33,865 nucleotides of DNA from Elusimicrobiota bacterium (GTDB lineage: Bacteria > Elusimicrobiota > Elusimicrobia > F11), in contig JBJXGI010000032.1 of assembly GCA_046153645.1 (NCBI GenBank), positions 1-33,865 on the forward strand, in the 5' to 3' direction. Made by a program: the position numbers and the translations under genes. This document shows positions 1 to 8,598 of this stretch, piece by piece. Position 1 is the stretch's first letter; each line of letters opens with the position of its first letter. A model generated the notes under the pieces. The model ran no database searches. It saw only the letters and a list, made by a program, of their open reading frames with translations, and had not been told where the DNA came from.

Positions 1-134
1 TAAATGTTCCTCATTCAGATATCATTGCTCAATTGGCCATAAAAAAATTCCAGACTCTTAAAAAGAAGGCGCTTTTTTCTCAGTTGGTTCCTTTGTATTT
101 GCAGCCTATGTGGGCAGAGCGACTAAAAAAATGA
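1..134 (+). CDS. tsaB: 3' end of tRNA threonylcarbamoyladenosine biosynthesis protein TsaB (5'-truncated by window)
   Basis: Manual translation from nt 3 gives NVPHSDIIAQLAIKKFQTLKKKALFSQLVPLYLQPMWAERLKK* (TGA 132-134). LVPLYL...AE is the typical TsaB C-terminus, and tsaB-rimI adjacency is common. Confidence 0.7.
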   Translation, partial: NVPHSDIIAQLAIKKFQTLKKKALFSQLVPLYLQPMWAERLKK

Positions 135-559
135 TTCGGTTAATGAGAAAAGAAGAAGCGCTGGTCTTTTCTGAATGGGAAAAATATGAGCGTCCTTACC
201 CTTGGAGTGAAAAAAACTTTTCTCAATCCATTGATTCGGAGTCATCTGAGAATTGGGTTTTAGAACTGGATTCTAATCCAGTGGCATTTTTGGTGATACA
301 AGTTGTTATGCGAGAGGCTCATATTCTTAATATCATGGTTAAGCCAGATTTTCGTAAAAGAGGCTTGGCGGAAAAATTGTTAAAGAACGTTTTTGATGAA
401 ATGAAGTTTCGAGTGGATCAGGTGTTTTTAGATGTGGAGATCAATAATACGCCGGCGCTTTCACTTTATAAAAAGTTGGGTTTTGATGTTTGTGATCGAC
501 GGGAATCTTCTTATCCGCGAGGAGAATCGGCATTCGTCATGAGGAAAAATTTGAAATGA
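131..559 (+). CDS. rimI: Ribosomal-protein-alanine N-acetyltransferase RimI (GNAT)
   Basis: Motifs PWS, EAHILNIMV.P.FRKRGLA, VFLDV..NN.PA..LY.KLGF. The start is placed at ATG 131 (ATGA overlap with the tsaB stop) rather than GTG 110. Confidence 0.9.
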   Translation: MIRLMRKEEALVFSEWEKYERPYPWSEKNFSQSIDSESSENWVLELDSNPVAFLVIQVVMREAHILNIMVKPDFRKRGLAEKLLKNVFDEMKFRVDQVFLDVEINNTPALSLYKKLGFDVCDRRESSYPRGESAFVMRKNLK

Positions 560-2733
560 AGAAGAAACTTGGGTTTTGTCTGTTGGTTTTTTATGTCTTC
601 TTGGGGTTTTGTCGTTTGGGCTTGGCCGCCACGGGACAACCCAACGATGCCAATCAATATTATTTAAAAGGTTTATTATTTGAGGCAAAAGGAAATTATC
701 AGGAAGCGCTCGTTGAAATTAAGCGCGCAATGGAGCTTGCTCCGGCAAGCCCTTATCTCCATAAAACAGCCGCTGAACTCTATTTGAAACTGGGAGATAT
801 TGCCAAGGCGTCTCAACAAATTGAAGAAGCCTTGCGACTGGCGCCCGAAGATGAGAAAAATTTAACCTTGGCCGGTCAAATTTCTTGGGCGATTGGAGAC
901 ACATCCAAAGCGATTCCTTTATTGGAGAAAGCCGTTAAATTAAACCCCGATCAAACGGGCGCACTGATGAGTTTGGCGGGGGCTTTAACTCCTACGAAAC
1001 CCAAAGAAGCCATAAAACTTTACCAAGATTATTTATCACGTCATCCGAGCGAAATTGCCGTTCGAGAAAGAATTGCCCAAATTTATCAAGGAATTGGAGA
1101 TGAAGTGAATTCTAAAAAAGCTTGGGAGTCACTTTTGGAATGGAGCCCGCATTCTCTTCGAGCCCATTTGGCTTTGGCCCAGATGGCTGAGGTCAATCTT
1201 GATACCGCCACAGCCATCAGTCATTACCAAAATATTTTGACACAGGATCCGAATAACCTTGCTTTGTTGTTAAGAGTCGGAGAGCTTCGTTATCGAAGTA
1301 ATGAAATGCTTGAAGCAGAAGAAGCTTTTATAAAAGTTAAAACCATCTCTCCAAACAGTACTGCCGCTAATTTTTGGTTGGCACTATTGGCAGAAAATAA
1401 AGGTGAATGGAATCAAGCCATTAAATTACTTGAAGATGTAAATAAAAAAGAGAAGGACCCTGGTGTTAGTTTAAGACTTTCTTATTATTACTCTCAAGCG
1501 AAACGACCCAAAGATGCTATTCGTGTTTTAAGCGACTTATCAAAAAGTGAACCTGAAAATTTAGATTTTCTAAATTATTTGGCGGCGGCTTATGAGTTGG
1601 ATGGTCAGTTTAATTTGGCAGAGAAAACACTGGTACAGATTTTGGATATTAATCCCAGTGATGTTGAAGCGCGTTTTGAATTAGCGACAGTTTATGACCA
1701 TCTTAAACAGTTCACAAAAGCTGAAGAGCAGCTAAAAGAATCGATTCGCTTAAAGCCCGATTTTCATATGGCCCTTAATTATTTGGGATATTCTTATGCG
1801 GATCGGAATATGAATTTGTCTCAAGCTCGAGATCTCATTTCAAAAGCGTTAGAGCTCTCACCAGAAAATGCGGCTTACTTAGATTCAATGGGATGGGTCT
1901 ATTTTCGTTTAAATCAATATGAGTTGTCCATTAAAGCTCTTGAGAAATCATTAAGTCTTGATCATGACCCACTAATTTTTGACCATCTGGGAGATGTTTT
2001 TTGGGCTGATCAAAAAAGATCAAAAGCACTTTTAGCGTGGGATGAGTCAGTGAAGTTAGACCCGACACGAAAAAGTGTTTTTAGAAAAATTCAAAAAGCT
2101 TTTAAAGAAATTTCAGTAGAACAAAAGGCTTCATTGTTCCTTGAACGAGCATCTTTTCATTTTCAAAATTTTAGTGTTATTAATAGTTTTGTTTCAATTA
2201 AGGTTTGTGAAGGCGGACCCTGTTTTACAACGAAGGCACAGTTTTCTTATTTGAAAGGCCAAGAGTCTCGAATGGAAATTCCGGGTCCTATGGGAGCACC
2301 TGTTATGCTTTTAGTTAAGAAGGCAGATCAATCAACTGAATTTGGGGCGGTTCATCCGGTTTTTAAACAAGCCGAGGATGACGTTATTTCCGCGTACACA
2401 AAAATAATTTCTATTTTTGATTCGTCGGTTTTCACACGTGATAAAAAGATGATAAATGTTGAATCTTTCAAAACAAAAGGAGGTAAACTTTTTGTTCAAG
2501 TAAAAGGAATATATTTTCAGTTTCGAGAAAAAGATGGGGCCTTAGAGAAGATTTCTTGGCTTTATGATTCCGGGGTTGAAACAGTTTCTATTTCAAATTA
2601 CAGTATTTATCAGGCAAAAAATTTACCCGAATCTTTTGAATGGAATAAAAATAAATTCGCTCTTAATTTAAAATTTATTTCACCTGTTTTTTCATTCCAA
2701 CCTTTGAAATTAGAAAATAGAAACAGAAAATAG
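556..2733 (+). CDS. Exported tetratricopeptide-repeat protein with a C-terminal LolA/LolB-like beta domain
   Basis: N-terminal signal peptide, many TPR repeats and the ALNYLGYSYAD...AYLDSMGWVYF motif of the TPR protein usually found upstream of lolB-ispE. The last ~200 aa are beta-rich and non-TPR. Confidence 0.85.
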   Translation: MKKKLGFCLLVFYVFLGFCRLGLAATGQPNDANQYYLKGLLFEAKGNYQEALVEIKRAMELAPASPYLHKTAAELYLKLGDIAKASQQIEEALRLAPEDEKNLTLAGQISWAIGDTSKAIPLLEKAVKLNPDQTGALMSLAGALTPTKPKEAIKLYQDYLSRHPSEIAVRERIAQIYQGIGDEVNSKKAWESLLEWSPHSLRAHLALAQMAEVNLDTATAISHYQNILTQDPNNLALLLRVGELRYRSNEMLEAEEAFIKVKTISPNSTAANFWLALLAENKGEWNQAIKLLEDVNKKEKDPGVSLRLSYYYSQAKRPKDAIRVLSDLSKSEPENLDFLNYLAAAYELDGQFNLAEKTLVQILDINPSDVEARFELATVYDHLKQFTKAEEQLKESIRLKPDFHMALNYLGYSYADRNMNLSQARDLISKALELSPENAAYLDSMGWVYFRLNQYELSIKALEKSLSLDHDPLIFDHLGDVFWADQKRSKALLAWDESVKLDPTRKSVFRKIQKAFKEISVEQKASLFLERASFHFQNFSVINSFVSIKVCEGGPCFTTKAQFSYLKGQESRMEIPGPMGAPVMLLVKKADQSTEFGAVHPVFKQAEDDVISAYTKIISIFDSSVFTRDKKMINVESFKTKGGKLFVQVKGIYFQFREKDGALEKISWLYDSGVETVSISNYSIYQAKNLPESFEWNKNKFALNLKFISPVFSFQPLKLENRNRK

Positions 2734-2738
2734 TTTAT

Positions 2739-3617
2739 ATGGGTCGTTTCCTCGTTCTTCACGCTTTTGCAAAAGTTAACCTGCATTTAGATATTGGTCC
2801 CCGGCGTTCCAATGGTTACCATGATTTACAAACTGTTTTTCAACAGATTTCTCTACACGACACACTAAGATTTTCATTGAGAAATGACGGTCAAATTATT
2901 CTTAAGTCTCATCAGAAAAAATTTCCGCTGGGAGCAGACAATATTATTGTCAAAGCGCTTTTAAAGCTTCAATCTCATTTGAAGTTGAAACAAGGTATCA
3001 ATGTGTGGTGTAAGAAAAGAATCCCGATGGGGGCTGGTTTGGGCGGTGGTTCCACGGACGCTGCAACCGCATTATGGGGCGGATGGATGTTATGGACTAA
3101 AAAAAAGAAACCGCGACAGGTTCCACCTATTCTCATGAAAATGGCATTAGAGTTGGGGGCAGATGTGCCCTTTTTTTTAAAGGGAGGAACAGCCTGGGCA
3201 GAAGGAGTGGGAGAAAAATTAAAAAGAATTTCTTTCTCTTCTCAGAAATGGCTCGTTCTTATTTATCCCGATGAACACGTTTCAACACCCTTGGCTTATA
3301 AATTGTTTGATCAGGCTAACAATCAAGGGCGATTTCATTGGAGAAAGAAGAATTTTTCTTGGGCAAGAAATGAATTTAAAAAATATCCTCATACTTCTTT
3401 TTTGAATTCTTTTGAACCTGTTGTGTTTAAAAAATTCCCCAAAGTTAAGAAGGCTTTTCAATTGTTGCAAAAGGCGGGATGTAAAGGTGTGCGAATGTCA
3501 GGATCTGGATCGTGCGTGTTCGGAATTGTTTCAAGCAAAAAATCCGGAGAAGAAGTTTTAAATAATTTTAAAAAAGAAAATTTTTTAGTTTTTGTTACGA
3601 ACTTTCGAGTTCTATAG
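2739..3617 (+). CDS. ispE: 4-diphosphocytidyl-2-C-methyl-D-erythritol kinase
   Basis: AKVNLHL, GYHDLQTVFQ, KRIPMGAGLGGGSTDAA (GHMP ATP loop), LGADVPFF, MSGSGS. Confidence 0.97.
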   Translation: MGRFLVLHAFAKVNLHLDIGPRRSNGYHDLQTVFQQISLHDTLRFSLRNDGQIILKSHQKKFPLGADNIIVKALLKLQSHLKLKQGINVWCKKRIPMGAGLGGGSTDAATALWGGWMLWTKKKKPRQVPPILMKMALELGADVPFFLKGGTAWAEGVGEKLKRISFSSQKWLVLIYPDEHVSTPLAYKLFDQANNQGRFHWRKKNFSWARNEFKKYPHTSFLNSFEPVVFKKFPKVKKAFQLLQKAGCKGVRMSGSGSCVFGIVSSKKSGEEVLNNFKKENFLVFVTNFRVL

Positions 3618-4619
3618 GATTCGCCTATTCCCAAGATAGTTGTCTGAATCTGCGAAGTTCTTGTAGCTTTTCCCAAGAATTCGCTCGAGTCGTTCTAAAA
3701 CTCTTGCCGCTCTGATTGATTTAAACCCAGAACAGATCTTGTGCCAAATTCCAGAATTCAATATTTCTTCTAAATATTTTCGATAATCATTCGAGAATTC
3801 TGCATTAAATTTTTGTCCGCTTTTCATTAAGTCTGCAGCAAAATCATAAGCGCCATAAGTGCAACAGGCAACAATGAATCGTTTAATTTTTTTATTTTTT
3901 TCTGCAGGCGAAAGCATTTCAATGTGCTTGGAAAACGAATCTAAACTTTTAAAATAAAGAGCATCCCCAAAGATGAGTTGGCCTTTTCCATGAAAAGTAG
4001 TGTTGACTGTTTTTTTCCAGTAAACTCGGCGAAGATCGTAGAGTTCGAACCCTTCGGTTCTTAAAAATTGATCCACATCAGAAAATAATGGTTGGTTTTT
4101 ATAGAGGGCGTGAAATTCAACCTCGATTTTAACACCAATAATTGATTTCAGTTTTTCACGCGATCCTTTAAGAATGTCCAGCTCGCTTCCTTGTGTATCT
4201 AATTTAATGAAGTCAACATCAAGAATGTTATTTTCATTTAGAATTGAATCCAAGGTTCTTACTTTTTCCGCATTTAATTGAAAAGTTTCAATGACATTGT
4301 ATCTTTGTGGAAATGGGTACTGATCAATAAAGGGCTGATTAGGAAGAAGAATAGAGGATTTTCCAGTTTCTCTGCATAAATGAATTTTAAGCGGTTCGTG
4401 ATCAGTATGCGATAAGGCCGAGTTGAAAAAAATCTGATTTTCTTGGGTTTTTAATTTTGAATACTCTCTGTTGTCTGGCTCAAACCCAACTGTTTTTAGA
4501 TTATTTCCTAAATTAAGCCATTCTTTTTCAATTCCACCCATGGAGCCAATATCAACTAAGATAAATTTATTTTCTGAGGATAAAAGATTTTTTGGATTTA
4601 ATTTCATTTCAATTCTCAT
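3612..4619 (-). CDS. FkbM family SAM-dependent methyltransferase
   Basis: LVDIGSMGG (SAM motif I), GFEPD, VRTLDS, VDFIKLDTQGSELDILKG, EVEF..LY.NQPLF.DVD.FL, GDALY. An alternative start is ATG 4607. Confidence 0.9.
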   Translation of the reverse strand: MRIEMKLNPKNLLSSENKFILVDIGSMGGIEKEWLNLGNNLKTVGFEPDNREYSKLKTQENQIFFNSALSHTDHEPLKIHLCRETGKSSILLPNQPFIDQYPFPQRYNVIETFQLNAEKVRTLDSILNENNILDVDFIKLDTQGSELDILKGSREKLKSIIGVKIEVEFHALYKNQPLFSDVDQFLRTEGFELYDLRRVYWKKTVNTTFHGKGQLIFGDALYFKSLDSFSKHIEMLSPAEKNKKIKRFIVACCTYGAYDFAADLMKSGQKFNAEFSNDYRKYLEEILNSGIWHKICSGFKSIRAARVLERLERILGKSYKNFADSDNYLGNRRIL

Positions 4620-4738
4620 TAAACATTTTTTTGTATTTGATTACAATGAAGCCACTTTTTCTGGTTTAGCATTTTCCACTCTTCATACTTTTTGCTAGGA
4701 TCACCAAGCGTTTTGATTTTTTCCTGTCAGACAAGCAT

Positions 4739-4810
4739 TGGGGCGTCGCCAAGCGGTAAGGCACCGGCCTTTGGAGCCGGCATTCGAAGGTTCGAATCCT
4801 TCCGCCCCAG
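4739..4810 (+). tRNA. tRNA-Gln (anticodon TTG); CCA end not encoded
   Basis: Cloverleaf: acceptor TGGGGCG/CGCCCCA, D arm GCC-AAGCGGTAA-GGC, anticodon stem CCGGC/GCCGG with loop CT-TTG-GA (4771-4773), T arm GAAGG-TTCGAAT-CCTTC, discriminator G4810. Confidence 0.98.
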
Positions 4811-4900
4811 GCCTCAAATTTTTTCGGAGAAAAGTTTATGCCTTCCTTTATTCAATCAATTATCGAATCTCCCTTAATTAAGGATTTATAAAAGGAATTT

Positions 4901-6292
4901 ATGAAAAAATCATCATTTCTCATTTTAGCCGCGGGGAAGGGAACCCGAATGAAATCTGAACTCCCAAAAGTGCTCCACTCGGTTGGTGGCCTTTCCATGC
5001 TTGAAAGGGTGTGCAACACGGCTCAAGAGTTAAAACCATCCTCACTTTCTATTATTATTGGCCATCAAGGTGAGAGAGTAAAAAATAAAATCTCCCCTAA
5101 GTTTAAAAATGTCACATTTTACACTCAACCTGTTTTGGATGGTTCTGGCGGCGCAGTTCGTAGGGCGCTCAGTTGGATTAAACGCCAAAAAGGAGTTATT
5201 TTTGTAGCGTGTGGGGATGCGCCTTTGATAACCGCCCAAACGTTTAAGTTGTTATTACAAACACATCACTCTCAAAAAAATGCGGTAACTGTATTAACAA
5301 CTATTCATCCTCAACCCTTCGGTTATGGACGAATTGTCAGAAGTTATGACAATTCAGTAGAAAAAATTGTTGAACATCTTGATGCCAGTCATGAAGAGCG
5401 TCAAATTTCAGAAATTAATTCTGGTACTTACTGTTTTGAGGCCGCTTGGCTGGCAAAAGCTCTTCCAAAGCTTTCTAATAAAAATGCCAAAAAAGAGTTT
5501 TATCTCACCGATACCTTAGAGATAATTCGTAAGTGGGGAGGACGAGTTGGGGCGGCTATTTGTCCGAACTATATGGAAGTTATGGGAGTCAATTCTCGAG
5601 TGGAATTGGCTATGATTGAAAAAGCACTTTATCTAAGAAAAGTGGAAACTTTAATGGTGGACGGCGTTAGTATCATTGATCCAAATTCCACTTATATTGA
5701 TGATGACGTCCAAATCGGATCCGATACCATTATTTATCCACAAACTTTTATTTCTGGAAAAACGAAAATAGGTTCCCATTGTCAAATAGGTCCTTTTGTT
5801 CAGATTAAAGACTGTCTTGTCGAAAACAATGTGATTTTTAAGGCTAGTTTTGCAGACTCCGCTTTAATTCGTGGGGGAGCCAAAGTAGGGCCTTTTTCTC
5901 ACATTCGTCCCAAATCCGATGTAGGGGTTAATGCTCATATTGGGAACTTTTCTGAACTTAAAAACACGCAACTAGGGGAAGGGAGTAAAGTGAATCATCT
6001 TTCTTATTTGGGTGATACAAAATGTGGAAAAAATGTTAATATCGGCGCCGGCACGATTACCTGTAACTACGACGGGTTTAAGAAATTTCCCACCCTTATT
6101 CAGGATCACGCTTTCATTGGTTCCAATGTTAACTTGATTGCTCCTATTCAAGTGGGGGCTCATTCTGTTGTAGGGGCAGGCTCAAGCATCAGTGAAGATG
6201 TTCCTTCCTGGTCTTTGGCTGTTGAAAGATCTCGGGCAATCGTGAAAAAAGATTGGGCCAAAGCCCGCCTTAAGAAAGGAAAAAAATCTTGA
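4901..6292 (+). CDS. glmU: Bifunctional UDP-GlcNAc pyrophosphorylase / glucosamine-1-phosphate acetyltransferase
   Basis: ILAAGKGTRMKSELPKVLH, GYGRIVR, EINSGTY, EFYLTD, hexapeptide repeats, HLSYLGD, NIGAGTITCNYDG. Confidence 0.98.
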   Translation: MKKSSFLILAAGKGTRMKSELPKVLHSVGGLSMLERVCNTAQELKPSSLSIIIGHQGERVKNKISPKFKNVTFYTQPVLDGSGGAVRRALSWIKRQKGVIFVACGDAPLITAQTFKLLLQTHHSQKNAVTVLTTIHPQPFGYGRIVRSYDNSVEKIVEHLDASHEERQISEINSGTYCFEAAWLAKALPKLSNKNAKKEFYLTDTLEIIRKWGGRVGAAICPNYMEVMGVNSRVELAMIEKALYLRKVETLMVDGVSIIDPNSTYIDDDVQIGSDTIIYPQTFISGKTKIGSHCQIGPFVQIKDCLVENNVIFKASFADSALIRGGAKVGPFSHIRPKSDVGVNAHIGNFSELKNTQLGEGSKVNHLSYLGDTKCGKNVNIGAGTITCNYDGFKKFPTLIQDHAFIGSNVNLIAPIQVGAHSVVGAGSSISEDVPSWSLAVERSRAIVKKDWAKARLKKGKKS

Positions 6293-7221
6293 ACGAATTA
6301 AAAATTTTTGCTGGAAATGCGAATTTACCATTAGCTAAATCTGTAGCTAAGCATCTAAGAATTTCTCTTGGGGCCGCGCAAGTGGGTCGATTTCCTGATG
6401 GCGAAATTGAAATTAAAATCCTTGAAAATGTTCGAGGAACAGATTGTTTTATTATTCAACCAACGAGTACTCCTGCCAATGATAATTTGATGGAGTTACT
6501 CCTTATTATGGATGCCTTGAGAAGAGCCAGTGCACACAGAATTACACCGGTCATTCCTTATTTTGGTTATGGAAGGCAAGATAGAAAAGCTCAGCCGCGT
6601 GTTCCTATTTCTTCTAAGTTGGTTTCAAATTTAATTGTAACCGCTGGTGCTGATAGAGTTTTAACGATGGATTTACATGCGGCTCAAATTCAAGGTTTTT
6701 TTGATATTCCAGTGGATCATCTTTATACCAACCCTGTGTTCATTGAATATTTTAAGAAGAAAAAATTAAAAGACGTTGTTGTTGTTTCTCCAGATGCTGG
6801 TGGTGTGGAACGAGCACGCGCATTAGCAAAACGTCTAGATTATGATTTGGCTATTATTGATAAAAGGCGCACTTCGGCCACTGAAGCAGATATTTTACAT
6901 GTCATTGGCCAAATAAAAGGCCGAACCGCTCTTATTGTTGATGATATGGTAGACACTGCCGGTACTTTGGCTAAAGCGGCAAAAGTGCTAAAAGAAACAG
7001 GTGCAAAGGAAGTTTATGCCGCTGCTGCACACGGTGTTTTAGCCGGTCCCGCTATAGAGCGATTAGAAAAGTCACCATTAAAAGAATTGGTTATTACCGA
7101 TAGTATTGAGTTGGGTGATAAAAAGTCGAATAAGATTAAAGTTCTTTCAGTGGGTCATTTATTGGCAGAAGCCATCAAAAGAATTCACGAAGAAAAAACT
7201 GTTAGTGGTCTCTTTGTTTAA
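6289..7221 (+). CDS. prs: Ribose-phosphate pyrophosphokinase
   Basis: FPDGE, PYFGYGRQDRK, DLHAAQIQGFF, VSPDAGGVERA, IVDDMVDTAGT. TTG start overlaps the glmU TGA. Confidence 0.98.
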   Translation: MNELKIFAGNANLPLAKSVAKHLRISLGAAQVGRFPDGEIEIKILENVRGTDCFIIQPTSTPANDNLMELLLIMDALRRASAHRITPVIPYFGYGRQDRKAQPRVPISSKLVSNLIVTAGADRVLTMDLHAAQIQGFFDIPVDHLYTNPVFIEYFKKKKLKDVVVVSPDAGGVERARALAKRLDYDLAIIDKRRTSATEADILHVIGQIKGRTALIVDDMVDTAGTLAKAAKVLKETGAKEVYAAAAHGVLAGPAIERLEKSPLKELVITDSIELGDKKSNKIKVLSVGHLLAEAIKRIHEEKTVSGLFV

Positions 7222-7243
7222 AAGATTTTTTTAGGAGGAAGTT

Positions 7244-7978
7244 ATGGAACGTATTGAAATTGAAGTGAAACCCCGTGATTTAGGGGAAAAAGAAACAAAA
7301 AGAAATGTCAACCAACTGAGACGAGAAGGATGGATCCCCGGTATTCTTTATGGACACGGTGAACCCGTTTCTATTGCGGTTGATAATAAAGTTTTTAGTA
7401 AAGCACTTCATAACAAAGCTGGCGCCAATGCGCTTTTCACAGTTAAATTGGGGGCTGAAGCCGCATTAAGTGTTGTTAAACAAATTCAACGACATATTTT
7501 TACTCATAAACCTTCACATGTTGATTTCATGAGAATTAATGTAAAAGAAAAACTCGAAATTAAAGTTCCTATTCATGCTGTTGGCGAAGCTCCTGGTGTT
7601 AAAAATCAGGGTGGAATTCTTGAAATGATTACTCGTGAAGCTCGAGTGAAATGTTTGCCAGATGATATTCCAGTGAGTATTGATGTTGATGTGTCAAAAC
7701 TTGAAATGGGGCACAGCATCAAAGTAAAAGACCTCCCCGCTATTAAAGGTGTCGAAATTTTGACCTTACCAGACACGATTCTTGTTAACATTGTTGCTCC
7801 TAAAGTTGAAGAAGCGCCAGCTGTCGCTGTTCCAGGCGCTGAAGGGGCGGGCCAGCCTGAAGTTATCGCAAAAGGCAAAGAGAAAGAAGAAGGTGCCGCT
7901 GCTCCTGCTGCAGGGGCTGCTAAAGGTGCGGCTCCCGCTAAAGCTGCTGCTCCGGCTAAAGAGGAAAAAAAGAAATAA
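7244..7978 (+). CDS. rplY: 50S ribosomal protein bL25 / general stress protein Ctc (long form, Ala/Pro/Lys-rich tail)
   Basis: LRREGWIPGILYG, QRH....P.HVDF, GEAPGVK.QGG.L, strong SD AGGAGG, and prs-rplY-pth synteny. Confidence 0.96.
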   Translation: MERIEIEVKPRDLGEKETKRNVNQLRREGWIPGILYGHGEPVSIAVDNKVFSKALHNKAGANALFTVKLGAEAALSVVKQIQRHIFTHKPSHVDFMRINVKEKLEIKVPIHAVGEAPGVKNQGGILEMITREARVKCLPDDIPVSIDVDVSKLEMGHSIKVKDLPAIKGVEILTLPDTILVNIVAPKVEEAPAVAVPGAEGAGQPEVIAKGKEKEEGAAAPAAGAAKGAAPAKAAAPAKEEKKK

Positions 7979-7995
7979 CTCTCGGTGGTTGACTT

Positions 7996-8589
7996 ATGCA
8001 ACCTGGAATTCGTCTTATTGTTGGTTTAGGAAATCCGGGGGCAACTTATCTGGGAACGAGGCACAATGTGGGCCGAGATTTTGTTTCAAGTATCGGTCAG
8101 CTCAACAAAAAATCTGTTCTAAAAAGCCGGCAATCGGAATACAGTCCGATGCCGGTTTTTTTTGGCCTTCCTTTGCTTGAACCTGTATTTGTTGCTCGGC
8201 TTACTTGTTTTATGAATCAATCGGGAGTTCCCATCAAAGATTTTATTGTAAAAGAAAATTTGTTGCCTTCGCAAGTTCTCGTTATTTATGACGATTTTAT
8301 GATTCCTTTTGGTGCGCTTCGACTTCGACCCGATGGGTCCGATGGGGGGCATAATGGTTTAAAATCAACCATTGAATTATTAGGAACCAATCAGATTCCA
8401 CGTCTTAGAGTGGGGATTGGTCCCGTTCCAGGGGGACAAGATCCTGCTGATTTTGTTTTAAGGTCTTTTGAAAAAAATGAAGAAGAAAAGATTTCGGATC
8501 TTTACCAGGTTATGACAGAAGCAATAAAAGTTATTTTGTCTCAACCTTTAGACAAAGCAATGAATCAATTTAATAAAGCACATTTTTAG
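7996..8589 (+). CDS. pth: Peptidyl-tRNA hydrolase
   Basis: LIVGLGNPG..Y..TRHNVG, FMNQSG, YDD, GSDGGHNGLKS, RLRVGIG, DFVL. Confidence 0.97.
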   Translation: MQPGIRLIVGLGNPGATYLGTRHNVGRDFVSSIGQLNKKSVLKSRQSEYSPMPVFFGLPLLEPVFVARLTCFMNQSGVPIKDFIVKENLLPSQVLVIYDDFMIPFGALRLRPDGSDGGHNGLKSTIELLGTNQIPRLRVGIGPVPGGQDPADFVLRSFEKNEEEKISDLYQVMTEAIKVILSQPLDKAMNQFNKAHF

Positions 8590-8598
8590 GAATAAAAT

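Noticed and set aside
4701..4710. TCACCAAGCG upstream of the tRNA resembling its D-arm TCGCCAAGCG (possible att or duplication scar)
   Set aside because: Only a 9/10 match, no integrase is present, and I saw no copy of the tRNA 3' end elsewhere in the window. It is compatible with chance.
4692..4877. 61-aa ORF (…GASPSGKAPAFGAGIRRFESFRP…)
   Set aside because: It is simply a translation of the tRNA-Gln gene.
7606..8180. 131-aa antisense ORF and 132-aa alternate-frame ORF over rplY/pth
   Set aside because: Shadow ORFs caused by the stop-poor GCT/AAA low-complexity tail of rplY.
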